Assembly: GCA_031835245.2 (NCBI GenBank)
Contig: JAVKOQ020000051.1
Coordinates: forward strand, 62,001 to 126,000
Direction of reading: 5' to 3'
DNA length: 64,000 bases
Source: Balamuthia mandrillaris
Lineage: Eukaryota
A model generated the notes under the pieces. The model saw nothing but the letters and a program-made list of their open reading frames with translations, did not search any database and was not told the DNA's origin. The position numbers and the translations under genes were made by a program. Positions 48,426 through 60,407 of the stretch are shown in pieces. The stretch's first letter is position 1. Each line of letters starts with the position of its first letter.

Positions 48426-48677
48426 AACAGAGACAGAGAGACAGAGAGAGACAGAGAGACAGAGAGAGGAAGACAGAGAGAAGACAGGAGAACAAGAAGT
48501 CAGAAGAAGACAGACAGAGAGAGAGAGAGAATGAGCAAAAACGAAAACAAAGGACACAAAACGAAATTTTGAGGCTCAAATACATGAAGGACCGGCGTGT
48601 TGAGTGGGTTGGTGCGAGGGAGAGGGCGTGGCCGCCATCGGCCTGTTCGTGGCCAGTCCAGACACCCTTTGTCCCAT
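42581..48677 (-). CDS. DUF4062 + NACHT-type STAND NTPase + TPR-array protein (nephrocystin-3/TEP1-like architecture), multi-exon
   Basis: RVFVSSTFRDM..ER, VDLRWGIT, CRPYFVCMLGERYGW, SITELE; Walker A GESGSGKS; Walker B VLVLDALNQL; NPLFL; SRRGLSESEL; FFHDY; about 10 kinesin-light-chain-type TPRs (HPDVAMSLTNLA). Confidence 0.92.
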
Positions 48678-48930
48678 GTTTATTTTTGAAAAACGGAGGG
48701 TGAGTAAGCTATGGTGGGTATGATGGATGCGGTGGTGTCCTTTGGGTTTCGCTAAGGAACCTTACCGCGATAACATGCTACAACCACCACAAGAGCAAGG
48801 AAGCGGCTGTTCGTGTTTTGTTCTTTGGAACTTTTCAAAGATTTCTCTGCTTCTCTTATCTTCACTTTTTGTTTTTGTTTCGCGTAACGCTAGTTTTGTG
48901 TCGACAGCAAGGGACCACCCCAATCCTGAA

Positions 48931-49085
48931 CTTGACGTCACCGAATGCTCAAAGTTGCAAAATGACGTCACCATTGCTCAAAACTGATCCACGGACGTCA
49001 TTCGTTGGCCATCTGACGTCGCCCAAAGCTTTAAAGAGGCAAAATGACGTCATGCGTTGCTCAAATAGACCCAATGACGTCACCG
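48931..49085. promoter_or_regulatory. Array of six CRE/ATF-like TGACGTCA sites in the divergent STAND-gene/myosin promoter
   Basis: TGACGTCA at 48933, 48963, 49045 and 49075; GGACGTCA at 48993; TGACGTCG at 49014. Regulatory role inferred from position. Confidence 0.65.
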
Positions 49086-49428
49086 TAATATTTGCGTTGA
49101 ATGACTCCTCGCGCTTCATTTTTTATTTTGTAATTTTTTTTTTCGTTCCTTTTTTTTTTTAATTTTCTGTAAATAAGTACTTACTGGTAGTAGTTATTGC
49201 AGGAGAGGGAGAAACCTTGCTTTGCTTGTACGTTAAAAATCTCCAAGGCTTTCCTCTCTCGCTCTTTTGTTTTTTTTTCTCTCTCTCTCTCTCTCGTGCA
49301 TCTGATTCATTCCTTCTCTCACAGCTGTGAGAGAAAAAGAAGAAGAAGAAGACAAAAAAAACGGCGTGTGAGCCGGTGATTTATTTTTTGGGAAACCCAT
49401 TTAGAAACGGAATTTGTGCTCGTCAAAG

Positions 49429-52400
49429 ATGGTACCTTTTTGTTGATTTTAGTTTTTGTCCCACCAGTGTTGTTTTCAACGAGTTTTGATTTTACTACAC
49501 CCGTGTTTTGTTTTTTTTTTGATGTTCGACGTTGGCTTGTGTACTGATCAGCTTCTTCCACCGGTTCGCAACAGGCGAGCTTCTCCAGCAAACATGGCGT
49601 AGACGACATGGTCATGTTGTCGAGCGTCTCCAACAACGGCATCCTTGAAAATTTGAAGAAGCGCTACAACGCTGACCAGATTTACGTACGCTCTCCCTCC
49701 CTCTTTTTTTTCCCACTTCTTTGTCTGCTTCTCTCTTTAGCTCCTCCTCTCCAACCAACACGAAAACTGATCCCAACAAAATAAAAACAATATAGACGTA
49801 CATTGGCCATGTACTCATTTGTGTGAATCCTTACAAGTCCATCCCCCACATCTATACGGAGCAGACGTTGCGGGAGTACCGCGGCAAGTACCGTTATGAG
49901 CTGCCTCCTCATGTCTACGCCCTCGCCGATGACATGTATCGCAGCATGTTGTCTGAGGGTGAACCTCAATGTGTTATTATTAGGTTTGTTTTTTGTTTGG
50001 CCTCTCCTTTTTCTGCTCTAGCTCTTTCTCTCCCTTCTCACATTTTCTCTTTTTTGAAAACGAACAAAGCGGTGAGAGCGGAGCAGGAAAGACATGGACT
50101 GCCAAACAGATCATGACGTACATTGCCGCAGTCAGCGGTGCCACCTCCGATGTAATGCGAGTGAAGGACGTTATTTTGCAATCCAATCCTTTGTTGGAAG
50201 CCTTTGGTAACGCTGCCACTCTTCGTAACAACAATTCCAGTCGCTTCGTACGTTCTCTCACACTTGAATCCTAATCCTCTCTTTCTCTTGCTATCTCTTT
50301 AAATGTCAATGCTAATTAACGAATGCATAAACTAGGGCAAGTACATGGAAATCCAATTTGACCACAAAGGAGACCCTGAAGGAGGTCTTATTACCAACTG
50401 TACGCTTTGGCCTCTCTCTTTCCTCTCTTTCTTGACTTTTTACTCATCGCTTTTTCTTTGTCTGTGGAATAGACTTGTTGGAGAAATCAAGAGTAGTGTA
50501 TCAACAAGAAGGAGAAAGAAACTTTCACGTTTTCTATCAACTGCTGAAAGGCGCTCCTCAAAACCTCGCCAGTAAGTTCATCACCCTATTTCTATTTTTT
50601 AAACAAATTCAATTTTAACACTTGTGTACCTACGAATAAAGGTGAGTTGGGATTGGGCACACCGGATCAGTACCATTACACCAACCAAAGTTCGCAATCT
50701 ACCGTTCCTGGCGTGGACGATGCTAAAGAGTTTCAAGACACTTGGGTACTGTTGCCCTTCATTTTGTCTTCGCTTCTTTTCTACTTTGTTTATCATGCTT
50801 ACGTACAAAACAGAACGCTATGAAAATTATTGGCTTTTCTGATGAGGAGCAAGCCGAGATCTTCCGCTTGGTTGCTGCCATCCTTTGGATCGGTAACGTA
50901 TCCTTTACCACCGATGGCAAAGGAAGTGCTACAGTCGCTGATCCTACTGGTTTGCTCTCTCTCTCTCTCTCTCTCTCTCTCTATTCATCCGTATCAAAGT
51001 GCTTATAACACCTTTGTAAAAAAAAACCCAACCAAATTTAGTACTTGATACTTTGGCATATTTGTTGCGCACAACTCCTCAGGCCCTGAACCAATCCCTT
51101 TTGTACAGAACGATTAACACTGGCGGTGCCACGCGTAAAGGCTCTACCTATGCTTGTCCCTCCAGCCCTGAGGAGGCCACTTACTCTCGAGATGCCTTGG
51201 CCAAAGCCTTGTACAGCCGCATGTTCGACTACATCGTCCAACGAGTCAACGACGCGATGTACTTGGATGATCCTGAGGCTCTCATCATCGGTATTTTGGA
51301 TATTTATGGCTTCGAAATCTTTGGCGTACGTGGTCTTTTTTGTCTTTTTTCTTCTGTTTCCTCTTTTATAACACAAACAAAAAACAGAAAAACGGTTTCG
51401 AACAAATGTGTATCAATTTCGTGAACGAAAAGTTGCAACAAATCTTCATCCAACTGACCCTCAAAGCAGAACAGGAGGAGTACCTCGCTGAGGGTATCCA
51501 ATGGGAGAACATTGATTACTTCAACAACAAGATCTGCTGCGATCTGATTGAGTCCAAAGCGCCTCCAGGCATCATGATGTTGTTGGATGATGTTTGCAAC
51601 TTCCCCAAAGCTACTGATGAGAAGTTCTTGGAGAAGATCGCTCAAGCCTACGGCAATCATGCTCACTTTGGCAAGACAAGCCGTCCGGATGAGTTTGTCA
51701 TCAAGCACTATGCCGGCGATGTGGTCTATAACATTGAAGGGTTTTGCGATAAGAACAAGGACATGTTGTTCAAGGATCTTGTTGGTCTTGCTGAATGCAC
51801 TGAAAGCAAGTTTGTTGCGGTACGTTCTTTCTTCATTCTTTATACTTCTTTTTTTTTTCCCCGTTCTTACACTTATTTGTCTTGTATGTCTATAGAGTCT
51901 CTTTCCTGAAGCGAAGGAGGTGGTTTCTTCCAAGAAGAAGCCAACAACGGCAGGTTTCAAGATCAAGAATTCCATTCAGGACCTTGTAAACGCTCTATCT
52001 CGTTGCCAGCCTCACTACATTCGTTGCCTGAAGCCCAACGAGAAGAAGGCTCCCAACCACTTTGACGACCACCTGTGCTTGCATCAAGTCAAGTATTTGG
52101 GTCTCTTGGAAAACGTATGTTACTTTTTTCCTTCTGTCCCTCTCAAAAGCTTACTCTTTCTCTCAGGTTCGCATCCGAAGAGCAGGTTATGCCTACCGCC
52201 ACTTCTACGAGAAGTTCTTCTACCGCTACCGTGTGGTCTGCCCCAAGACTTGGCCCAATTGGTCCGGCGACTTTGTTGCCGGCGCAGAAGCCATCCTCCA
52301 ACACATGAACCTCTCCCCCGGACAGGGTTACCAAAAGGGCAAGACCAAGATCTTTGTGCGTGCTCCCGAGTCCGTCTTCCAACTTGAAGAGCTCCGAGAC

Positions 52401-54314
52401 AGAACCGTCTATGAGTACGCCAATCGCATCCAGCGCTTCATGGCGAAGAGCTCCAGAGCGAGGTACTACTATGAGCTCCGCACGTTGGCAAACCAGAAGA
52501 TGCAGAACCATAAGGAGAGGAGAAGGCTCTCCCTGGAGCGCGTTTTCAAGACCGACTATGTCAACTACCGCCAAAACTTCAAGCTGAAGGACATAGTGGG
52601 CGATAAGGGTCTGGACAAGCCCCTCTTTACTGGCTGCTGCAACATCTTTGACAAGAAGATGTTTGGAGCTAAAGTGGGACGACGCGCGATCATCGTCAAC
52701 ACGGACAACATGTTCTTGGTGGCGATAGAGGTTAATAAGGACAAGGAGGATCGCGTGAGGAGACCCTATCTGTACCAGCTTAAGCGTAAGATTCCGTTGA
52801 GGAATATTGCTGGTCTTGTTCTCAGTACGTCTCTCTATCTGTTTCTTTTGTTTCCGTCTGTTATGCTTTTGTTTTCGCGACGGTCGTTCACACTCTTTAA
52901 AACAAAGGCCCATTCCAAGATAATTGGGTGTTGATCAACGTGCAAGGAGAGCACTCCAACCTCATCGAATGCCGACGCAAGACGGAGCTTGTGGGCGTCC
53001 TCGCCAAACACGCCAACACCTCTGTAACCTTTACCGACAGCATGAACGTAACGATGAAGGTGGAGAAGGGCAAGACCAAGTCCTGCGTAGTCAAGTTTGT
53101 GCAGAACCCAAAGGGCGGAGAGGGCACCCTCAAAGGCACCAAGGTCACCGTTGCTCCTGGTTTGCCCTCGAGTTCCAGTACGTATTTTCTTTGCTCTTCT
53201 TTTTCTCTTTTCCCTACTTCTTTTATTTGGTGCATAAGCATTGGTTTTGGAAGGATGAAATACTCCAAATGATCATTTTAAAGATGTGATTTTCTTGAAT
53301 TATTTTTCACACAGTTTGTATTTTCTGATACACTACATCACCAATGTGCCCCATCCATCTCTCTTGTTCTTCTTTGCTCTGTTTCTTTTTTCTCACGCGG
53401 TTTTTAAAACAACCAGTGCCAAACATTCCAAAACCTCCCGACAGGAGCGCTGCTGCCAGCTTTGTGCAAGAGAATATGAACTACAAAGAACAGATCCTCC
53501 AGAACCGTAACCCCGTCAGCGGCAAACAAGGCAACCGTGGTGTTGGTGGTCGCCCCACTCCTCTCTCTCCTCGCGGAGGTGGAGGTCCTGCTCCTTTCGG
53601 AGGGGCGTCTTCCTTTGGTGGAGGAGGCGGAGGTGTTGTTTCCCCACGTGGCGGCGGAGGAGGAGCGTCTCCGTTTGGTGGAGGAGGTGTACCAACCCCG
53701 GTAGCTCCAGTAACTCCACCAACCCCGGCAGGAGGAGGAGGAGGAGGAGGAGGAGGAGAACAGGCGAAAGCGTTGTATGACTTTCAGGCAGAGAATGAGG
53801 ATGAGCTGAACTTCTCTCAGGGAGCCATCATCACCGTCACCAACAAGTCGAACCCGGACTGGTGGGAGGGCGTTTTGGATGGAAGGAGTGGCTTGTTCCC
53901 TGCTACATATGTTGAACTTATTCCTGTACGCGCGCGCGCTCTCTCTCTCTCTCTCTCTCTCGTTCTCTCTTCTCGTTCTTTCCTCTCATTCTTCTCATTC
54001 TCAATGTGTTTATTTTCCCCTTGCGACAGGGAGGTGCGCCTATGGGAGGAGGTGCAGCAAGAGGAGGCGGCATGCCTCGTGGAGGCGGACCTGGAAGAGG
54101 CGGACCGCCAGGAGGAGCCAGCATGCGTGGCGGACCCGGAAGAGGAGGACCCCGCGGGGGACCTGGAGGACCTGGCAGAGGAGGACCACCAAGAGGAGGC
54201 GGTATGCCCAGAGGAGGAGCGCCTGGAGGCAGAGGAGGACCACCAGGAAGAGGAATGCCGAGAGGAGGAGCGGGACCACGGGGCGGAAGGGGCGGCCCTC
54301 CTCGTGGCTTCTAA
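49429..54314 (+). CDS. Long-tailed class I myosin heavy chain (Acanthamoeba myosin IC-like: motor, TH1, Gly/Pro-rich, SH3, GPR tail)
   Basis: [52 protein letters not shown]-site RKGSTY, LDIYGFE, HYAGDV, PHYIRC, SH3 [19 protein letters not shown]. Confidence 0.97.
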
Positions 54315-54451
54315 AACAAAAAACAAAAAACGAATGGAAAGAAGAGAGAGAGAGTCGTTCTTCTCTCCTCTCTTTCTTTGTGCTTTTTGCCCTTTCTCCT
54401 CAATAATTTTTTTTGCATCTGTTCATTTAACTCACTCATGTACAATCGGGG

Positions 54452-57400
54452 TTATCCATCACTCTCGCAGCTGGTTAACAAGTACCGAAGGTTCAGATCG
54501 TATTCGTTGTCGCCTTTGCAGCTGGCGTAATCGCTGGGCCTCTTCCCTTCAAAGTCCCGGATGGTGGGGTCCGCTCCGCACTGCAACAGAAACTCCACGC
54601 AGGCCACGTGGTTGTGTCTGGCGGCCAGGAAGAGGGGCGTCCAGCAGGTCTGGTAGGACATGGCGTCTATGGCGCAGTGCTTGCGGACGAGCACCTTCAT
54701 GCAGTCGAGGTAGCCGTGGAGAGCGGCCACGTGGAGCATGTTGTAGCCGACGTTGTCGGAGATGTTGATCAGCCCGCGGCACTCCTCGCGCTCCAGCTCT
54801 TGCTCCAAGGCGGCAGCCTCGTTGCAGCGAACCAGCTGAAAGAGCCTGCCAACAGCTTGTCGCAGTTCTACTCCAGGAGCCGTTCTCTCTTTCATGTTGG
54901 AAGCGGAAGATGAGGGCGAAGAAGCGGCAGCTTCCTCCAACATGGAACGACAGAGGGAGCTTGCTTCTGCTTTGCAATGGTCGATGGGGAGCTTGCCTTG
55001 CCAGTCACGGCGAGAAGGATTAGCTCCAGCCTGGAGCAAGAGCTTCAAGCAAGATGGATGGTTGAGTTTGGCGGCGATGAAGACTGGAGTCCATTGGTTG
55101 TGGTTAGTGACGGCATCCACCAGCGCTCCGTTCTCCAAGAGCAATGCAACGATTTGGTCGTGCCCGTACAGTGCCGCTATATGAAGTAGAGTATTGCCTA
55201 ACTCGTCCGAACATTTTATCAATGACCTGCATCCTTTTTTTGTGTTGTACGCAGTGAGACTTTGTATAACAACTCGCAGAATGAAGAGAAGAGAATAGGG
55301 GAGAGAAGTAGAAGCGAAACGAAGTGAAGAAACCTTGTTGGAGCATATATTTAAGACGAGCATGGTCTCCTAGCCGAGTTGAGTTAAACATTTCTCGCAC
55401 AATTTTCGAAGGAGAATCCCATGGCACCTCCTGTTGAACTTCATTAGATGGAACGGGATTGCTTCTAGTCTGTGGTTGTGATGATGTCTCAAGGCTCCGC
55501 AGCATTGCTTGAAGCTCTATTATTAGTTTGCAAACAGAGACATAGAAGTAAGAAAGCAACTTAAGCAAAATGGAGAAAGACCATAACAGCCATGTGCGTA
55601 CCATTATCTTCAGGTGAGCAAAGATCTAACGCAGTATTGCCTGTTGAACAAAGTTGTTAAACAAGAAGCAGAAGGCTCACAGGGAAGAAGCTACCATCTT
55701 TATCTTTAGCAGCTATATTGATTTTGGGATGCGAGAGAAGCAGTTTGGCCACAGCGATGCGATTACGTTTGACCGCCCAATGCAGTGGAGTTCTCCCCAT
55801 CACATCGCGGTGGTTTATGTCTATATCAGGTATCTGTAACAGCCTTTCCACAAACGGGCCATGTCCTTGCATGGCTGCTAAATGCTGCATAAAACGGAAA
55901 TAAGGAATAAAGAAAATTCATTTTACATACAGAGAGAGAGAGAGAGAGAGAGAAGGTTTGAGCTTGAGAGAAAAAAAGATACCAAGACGGTCCATTTACA
56001 ATCAAAAGATTCTTCGTTGATGCCGAGCTCATGTAGTTTCATCAACCTCAGAAGAGGATCCAAACACGCCACATTGCCATAATTCGCTGCAACCTATTTT
56101 TTAATGTAAAAACAAACAATATAAGCATAAAGAGAAACAAGGAATGCAGAAAGCAGAAAAGAAGGAGAAAGCGAAAGAAGAAAACAAGAAACAGACGATA
56201 GAGGAAAGAAGGAAGAGTGAAGAAAGAAGAAAGCAAGAAAGCATAAGACAACAGTACGTGTAATGGTGTCTCGACACATCTCCTCGAACGAAATATGTAA
56301 AAAGCGTCCATGACGCCTTGTCTAGCGATGTTCCAGAGGGCTTCATGGTTGTTGTCTCTCGCATTATAATACAGTTGATATTTGTTTCTTTTGTGTTCGT
56401 TTGATGTTTTCACTTCTGCAACTGAGATATAAGCTGCAGGGAAAGAAAGAGAATAAGATAGAAAGAAATAAACAAAAGGAAGAGCAAAAAGGAGAAGGAA
56501 AGCACTAACGAGAATGTGGAAGTTTGTCCAAGAAAGTGGCAAGGTCCGAATAAGAACGCCCGTATGGAACGACTTGGAATTGTTGATACCCAAAGTGGTT
56601 CCTTTCTTCCAACGCCTTCGCTGCATCTCCATCCAATACTAGTCTGTAATGCCATCTCGGAGACTTGAAGAAAGAGAGCAAGTGAGAAAACAGACAGAGA
56701 AACAAAGAATGGAAGAAAGCTATGAAACGGTACTTTGGGAAGAGACGACTTGGCCCAGTATAGCAGGTTGGAGAACGTTGGATCTTGAAGACCGTTCCCA
56801 AACCCAATGAACAGTAGAGAATACGTCATTGCCAAATGCTTTAGGACAGCTGATATGAAGCGTGTTATCACAGAAGCAGGTGGAGGAGAAGGGAAAAGGA
56901 GAGGCAGGAGGAGGGAGAAGAAGGAGGAGGAGGAGGTGGAGAAGAAGAAGAAGAAGAAGAAGAAGAAGAAGAAGAAGAAGAAGAAGAAGAAGAAGAAGAA
57001 GAAGAAGAAGAAGAAGAAGAAGAAGAAGAAGAAGAAGAAGAAGAAGAAGAAGAAGAAGAAGACGAAGAAGACGAAGAAGAAGACGAAGAAGAACAAGAAC
57101 AAGAACAAGAACAAGTAGAACAAGGAAGAAGATAAATAAAGAAGAACACACCAACAAGAAAATAATAAACAAACACCTGTATAATTTTCATTAGCATTGA
57201 ACTGTTCGTAGTCGCTAGCGCTGAGAATAACAGAACCAGACTGATGCGCATCCCAATGGTTGGCATTCCAATGGCCATGGATGTGAAACACTTTGCCCTT
57301 TTTGTTCTACACACCATACATGTCCTTTAGAATGGGGCATCCAGCACAGAGGAGAAGCAGAGAGAAGCAGAGAAGAGAAGAAACGAAGGAAGCATAGAGA

Positions 57401-58202
57401 AAAGAGAGAAGCACAGAGGAGAGAAGAGAACCTTGAGTGGACCCAGTATGTATTCATGGACGTTGTTCCAAGTGACAGTCTCCCATCCTTTGTTGTTTCG
57501 TTAGTCAAGGTTCGCCGTTAAGCCTCCAACAAGAAAGATAGAAAAGAGAGAGAGAGAAAGAGAGAGCTGCAAACCAGTAAAGTCCTCGATGAGACCATCA
57601 AAGTTGGTGGTCATGACGGGAACGTTCAACGACCGCAACGCTCGCAACACGGTGGCATCCCTCACCCGCAGCTTGCCCACCGTCTCCGCCAAAAACTTTC
57701 TCTTGTTGCCGGGAGAGAGCGAGCTCAGCTCCTCCGCTGCCTGCAAGTACCGCCCCTCCTCGATGCTGCGTTTCATCGCATCCAGCGGGGAGGGAGCGGA
57801 GGAAGGGGACGGAGAGGAGGCCGAGGCAGCGCTCCACCCTTTGGTGGCGTTGCAGAACTCCAAGCCTTTGTGGAGGAGGCCTTTCCAGGTGGCCATCGGG
57901 TCGAGGGAGGAGGCCGCCGACACGCCCGCCCCGACGATGGCGATGACCTCCCGCTTCTCCAACGAACGGCGCAACGTGGCCAACACCACGTCGTCCACCG
58001 CTGCGTCGCTTCTCTCTAGTCCGTCGTTTGTGCGGTGATAGAGTGCCGCTCTGCTTTTCGATGCCAAAGCGAACAGAGGAGGAGGAGGCGAGGAGGAGGC
58101 GATTGGGAGGAAAGGAAGGAGGAGTTTCGTTGTGCAACCGTTGTTGTTATTGTTGTAACAAGGCCGCAGCCAGGTCGAGGCCTGCGCGCCACGGCCCCAC
58201 AT
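54452..58202 (-). CDS. SIR2-like (SIR2_2 / FAM118-type) domain fused to C-terminal ankyrin repeats, 10 exons
   Basis: IVGAGVS..ATWKGLL, VMTTNFDGLIE, VFHIHG, VILSASDY, LLFIGFG.GL.DP.F, HYRLV, VVPYG. It splices in frame into ankyrin repeats (ETPLHVAA, WTVLHLAA, GRTPLHWA, GNTLLHIAA, WTPVFIAA, YNMLHVAA, WTPLFLAA). Confidence 0.88.
56941..57116. repeat. Pure (GAA)40 tract plus degenerate extension, inside an intron of the SIR2-ankyrin gene
   Basis: Directly visible repeat. Confidence 0.95.
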
Positions 58203-58582
58203 CTTCTTTATGCGTGCTCTTTTTTTTTTTTTTAACAGCTGTTCTTCTTTTCTTCCTGGAAATAACTTTTGCAGCAGCATTACAGCACCCCTTGCCCCTA
58301 TAGTGGTGCAATGTTGAACCCGAACACGTTGGCCCTTTGCCACTACGGAGGATACTCCTTGTTGCGTTCATTTGAAAGAAACAGCGAGACAACAAGGTTG
58401 CCTACAACGGCTTTCCTCGAGGAGGGGCTGAATGCTCCCCCACCTCTCCGTCGTCGTGGCTACCGGTCCACCGCCCCAACACCTCTCCTGCACTCAAAGA
58501 CACCACCCTTTTATCTTTCATGTTTTGGTGACAGAAAGAAAGAGAACCAACAAATGTCTGTTTCTATCAACGTTCGGTTTAT

Positions 58583-59410
<828 letters not shown>

Positions 59411-59436
59411 TTATCGCAGGCGGCGGACGATGCTGG

Positions 59437-60282
59437 GTGGAGCTGCTGCTCCCTCAAGCGCTCTTGCGGTTCATCCTGCTGGCGGTGCTTCCAGCAGGTG
59501 CGCTACCGTTTGCCGCTAGGACCTGCAAACGGTGGTACCACCACTGTCCGCCGCACCTTCGGCACAAGTTCTCCATCAGCCAAGCCTTCACCTCACTCCC
59601 ATTGCTACAATGGTCTCTTCGCAACGGCTTCTCCTTTCATCACCACCACCGCAACACCACCATCGACAACGATGACCACTACTACGAGGAACACCATCCA
59701 AGCATCTACTGCATACTGGCTGCAAAACATGGCGATCTGCAAGTCTTGCAATAGACCTATCATCAGGGATGCCCTCTAGACGTGGAGGTGTGTAGCCACT
59801 CAGCGGCCAAAGGGGACCTGGATATGCTGCAATGGGCTCGAGCGGTGAGCTGTCCTTGGGACTGGAGCGCCTGTTTGGTGAGTGCCGCGGAGCATGGCCA
59901 CTTGGAAGTGTTGGAGTGGGCGAGGAAGCAGATGCTGGAGCGAGAACGTGAGACTCCCTGCTATTGGCATGAAGAGGAGCGAATCCATTTGTTGCGGATG
60001 GTTTGTAATGCAGCAGCAGAGAACGGACATTTGTTGGTGTTGAGGTGGGTGAAGAGGAGAACAGAGGAACGAAACTGTGGATGCTCCCGTCTTCGTCTTC
60101 CATCTCCTTGGGATGAGAGGACGTGTTTGCTTGCGGCCATGAACGGCCACTTGGAGGTGCTCCAGTGGCTTCGGAGCGAGGAGGTGGCTTGTCCTTGGGA
60201 CAAACGGACCAGCCAGGCCGCCGCCAGCACCGGACATTCACAAGTGTTGCAATGGGCAAGAGAGCACGGCTGTCCGTCGTGA
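59437..60282 (+). pseudogene. F-box-like + short ankyrin-repeat gene with an in-frame TAG and no in-frame ATG at the expected start
   Basis: Homologous to 8391-9794 (AARTCKRW..CP..LR.K.S..SL.LLQW.L.NG.S). TAG at 59752-59754 sits where the repeat Trp (TGG) belongs, and the frame continues to 60282. Confidence 0.8.
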
Positions 60283-60407
60283 ATCACGCTGATCAGAAAA
60301 GCAAACAAACGTCATATTTAACTTTTTAAGGAAAATTCCACGTCAGATATTCCATGACGACATGATATGTGGTACACAAACAAAACACCCACCAAGAAGG
60401 AAGGCTG

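Noticed and set aside
48931..49085. CRISPR-like regularly spaced repeats (also at 42446-42540)
   Set aside because: The conserved cores are only 6-12 bp, the periods are too short, the context is eukaryotic and no cas genes are present.
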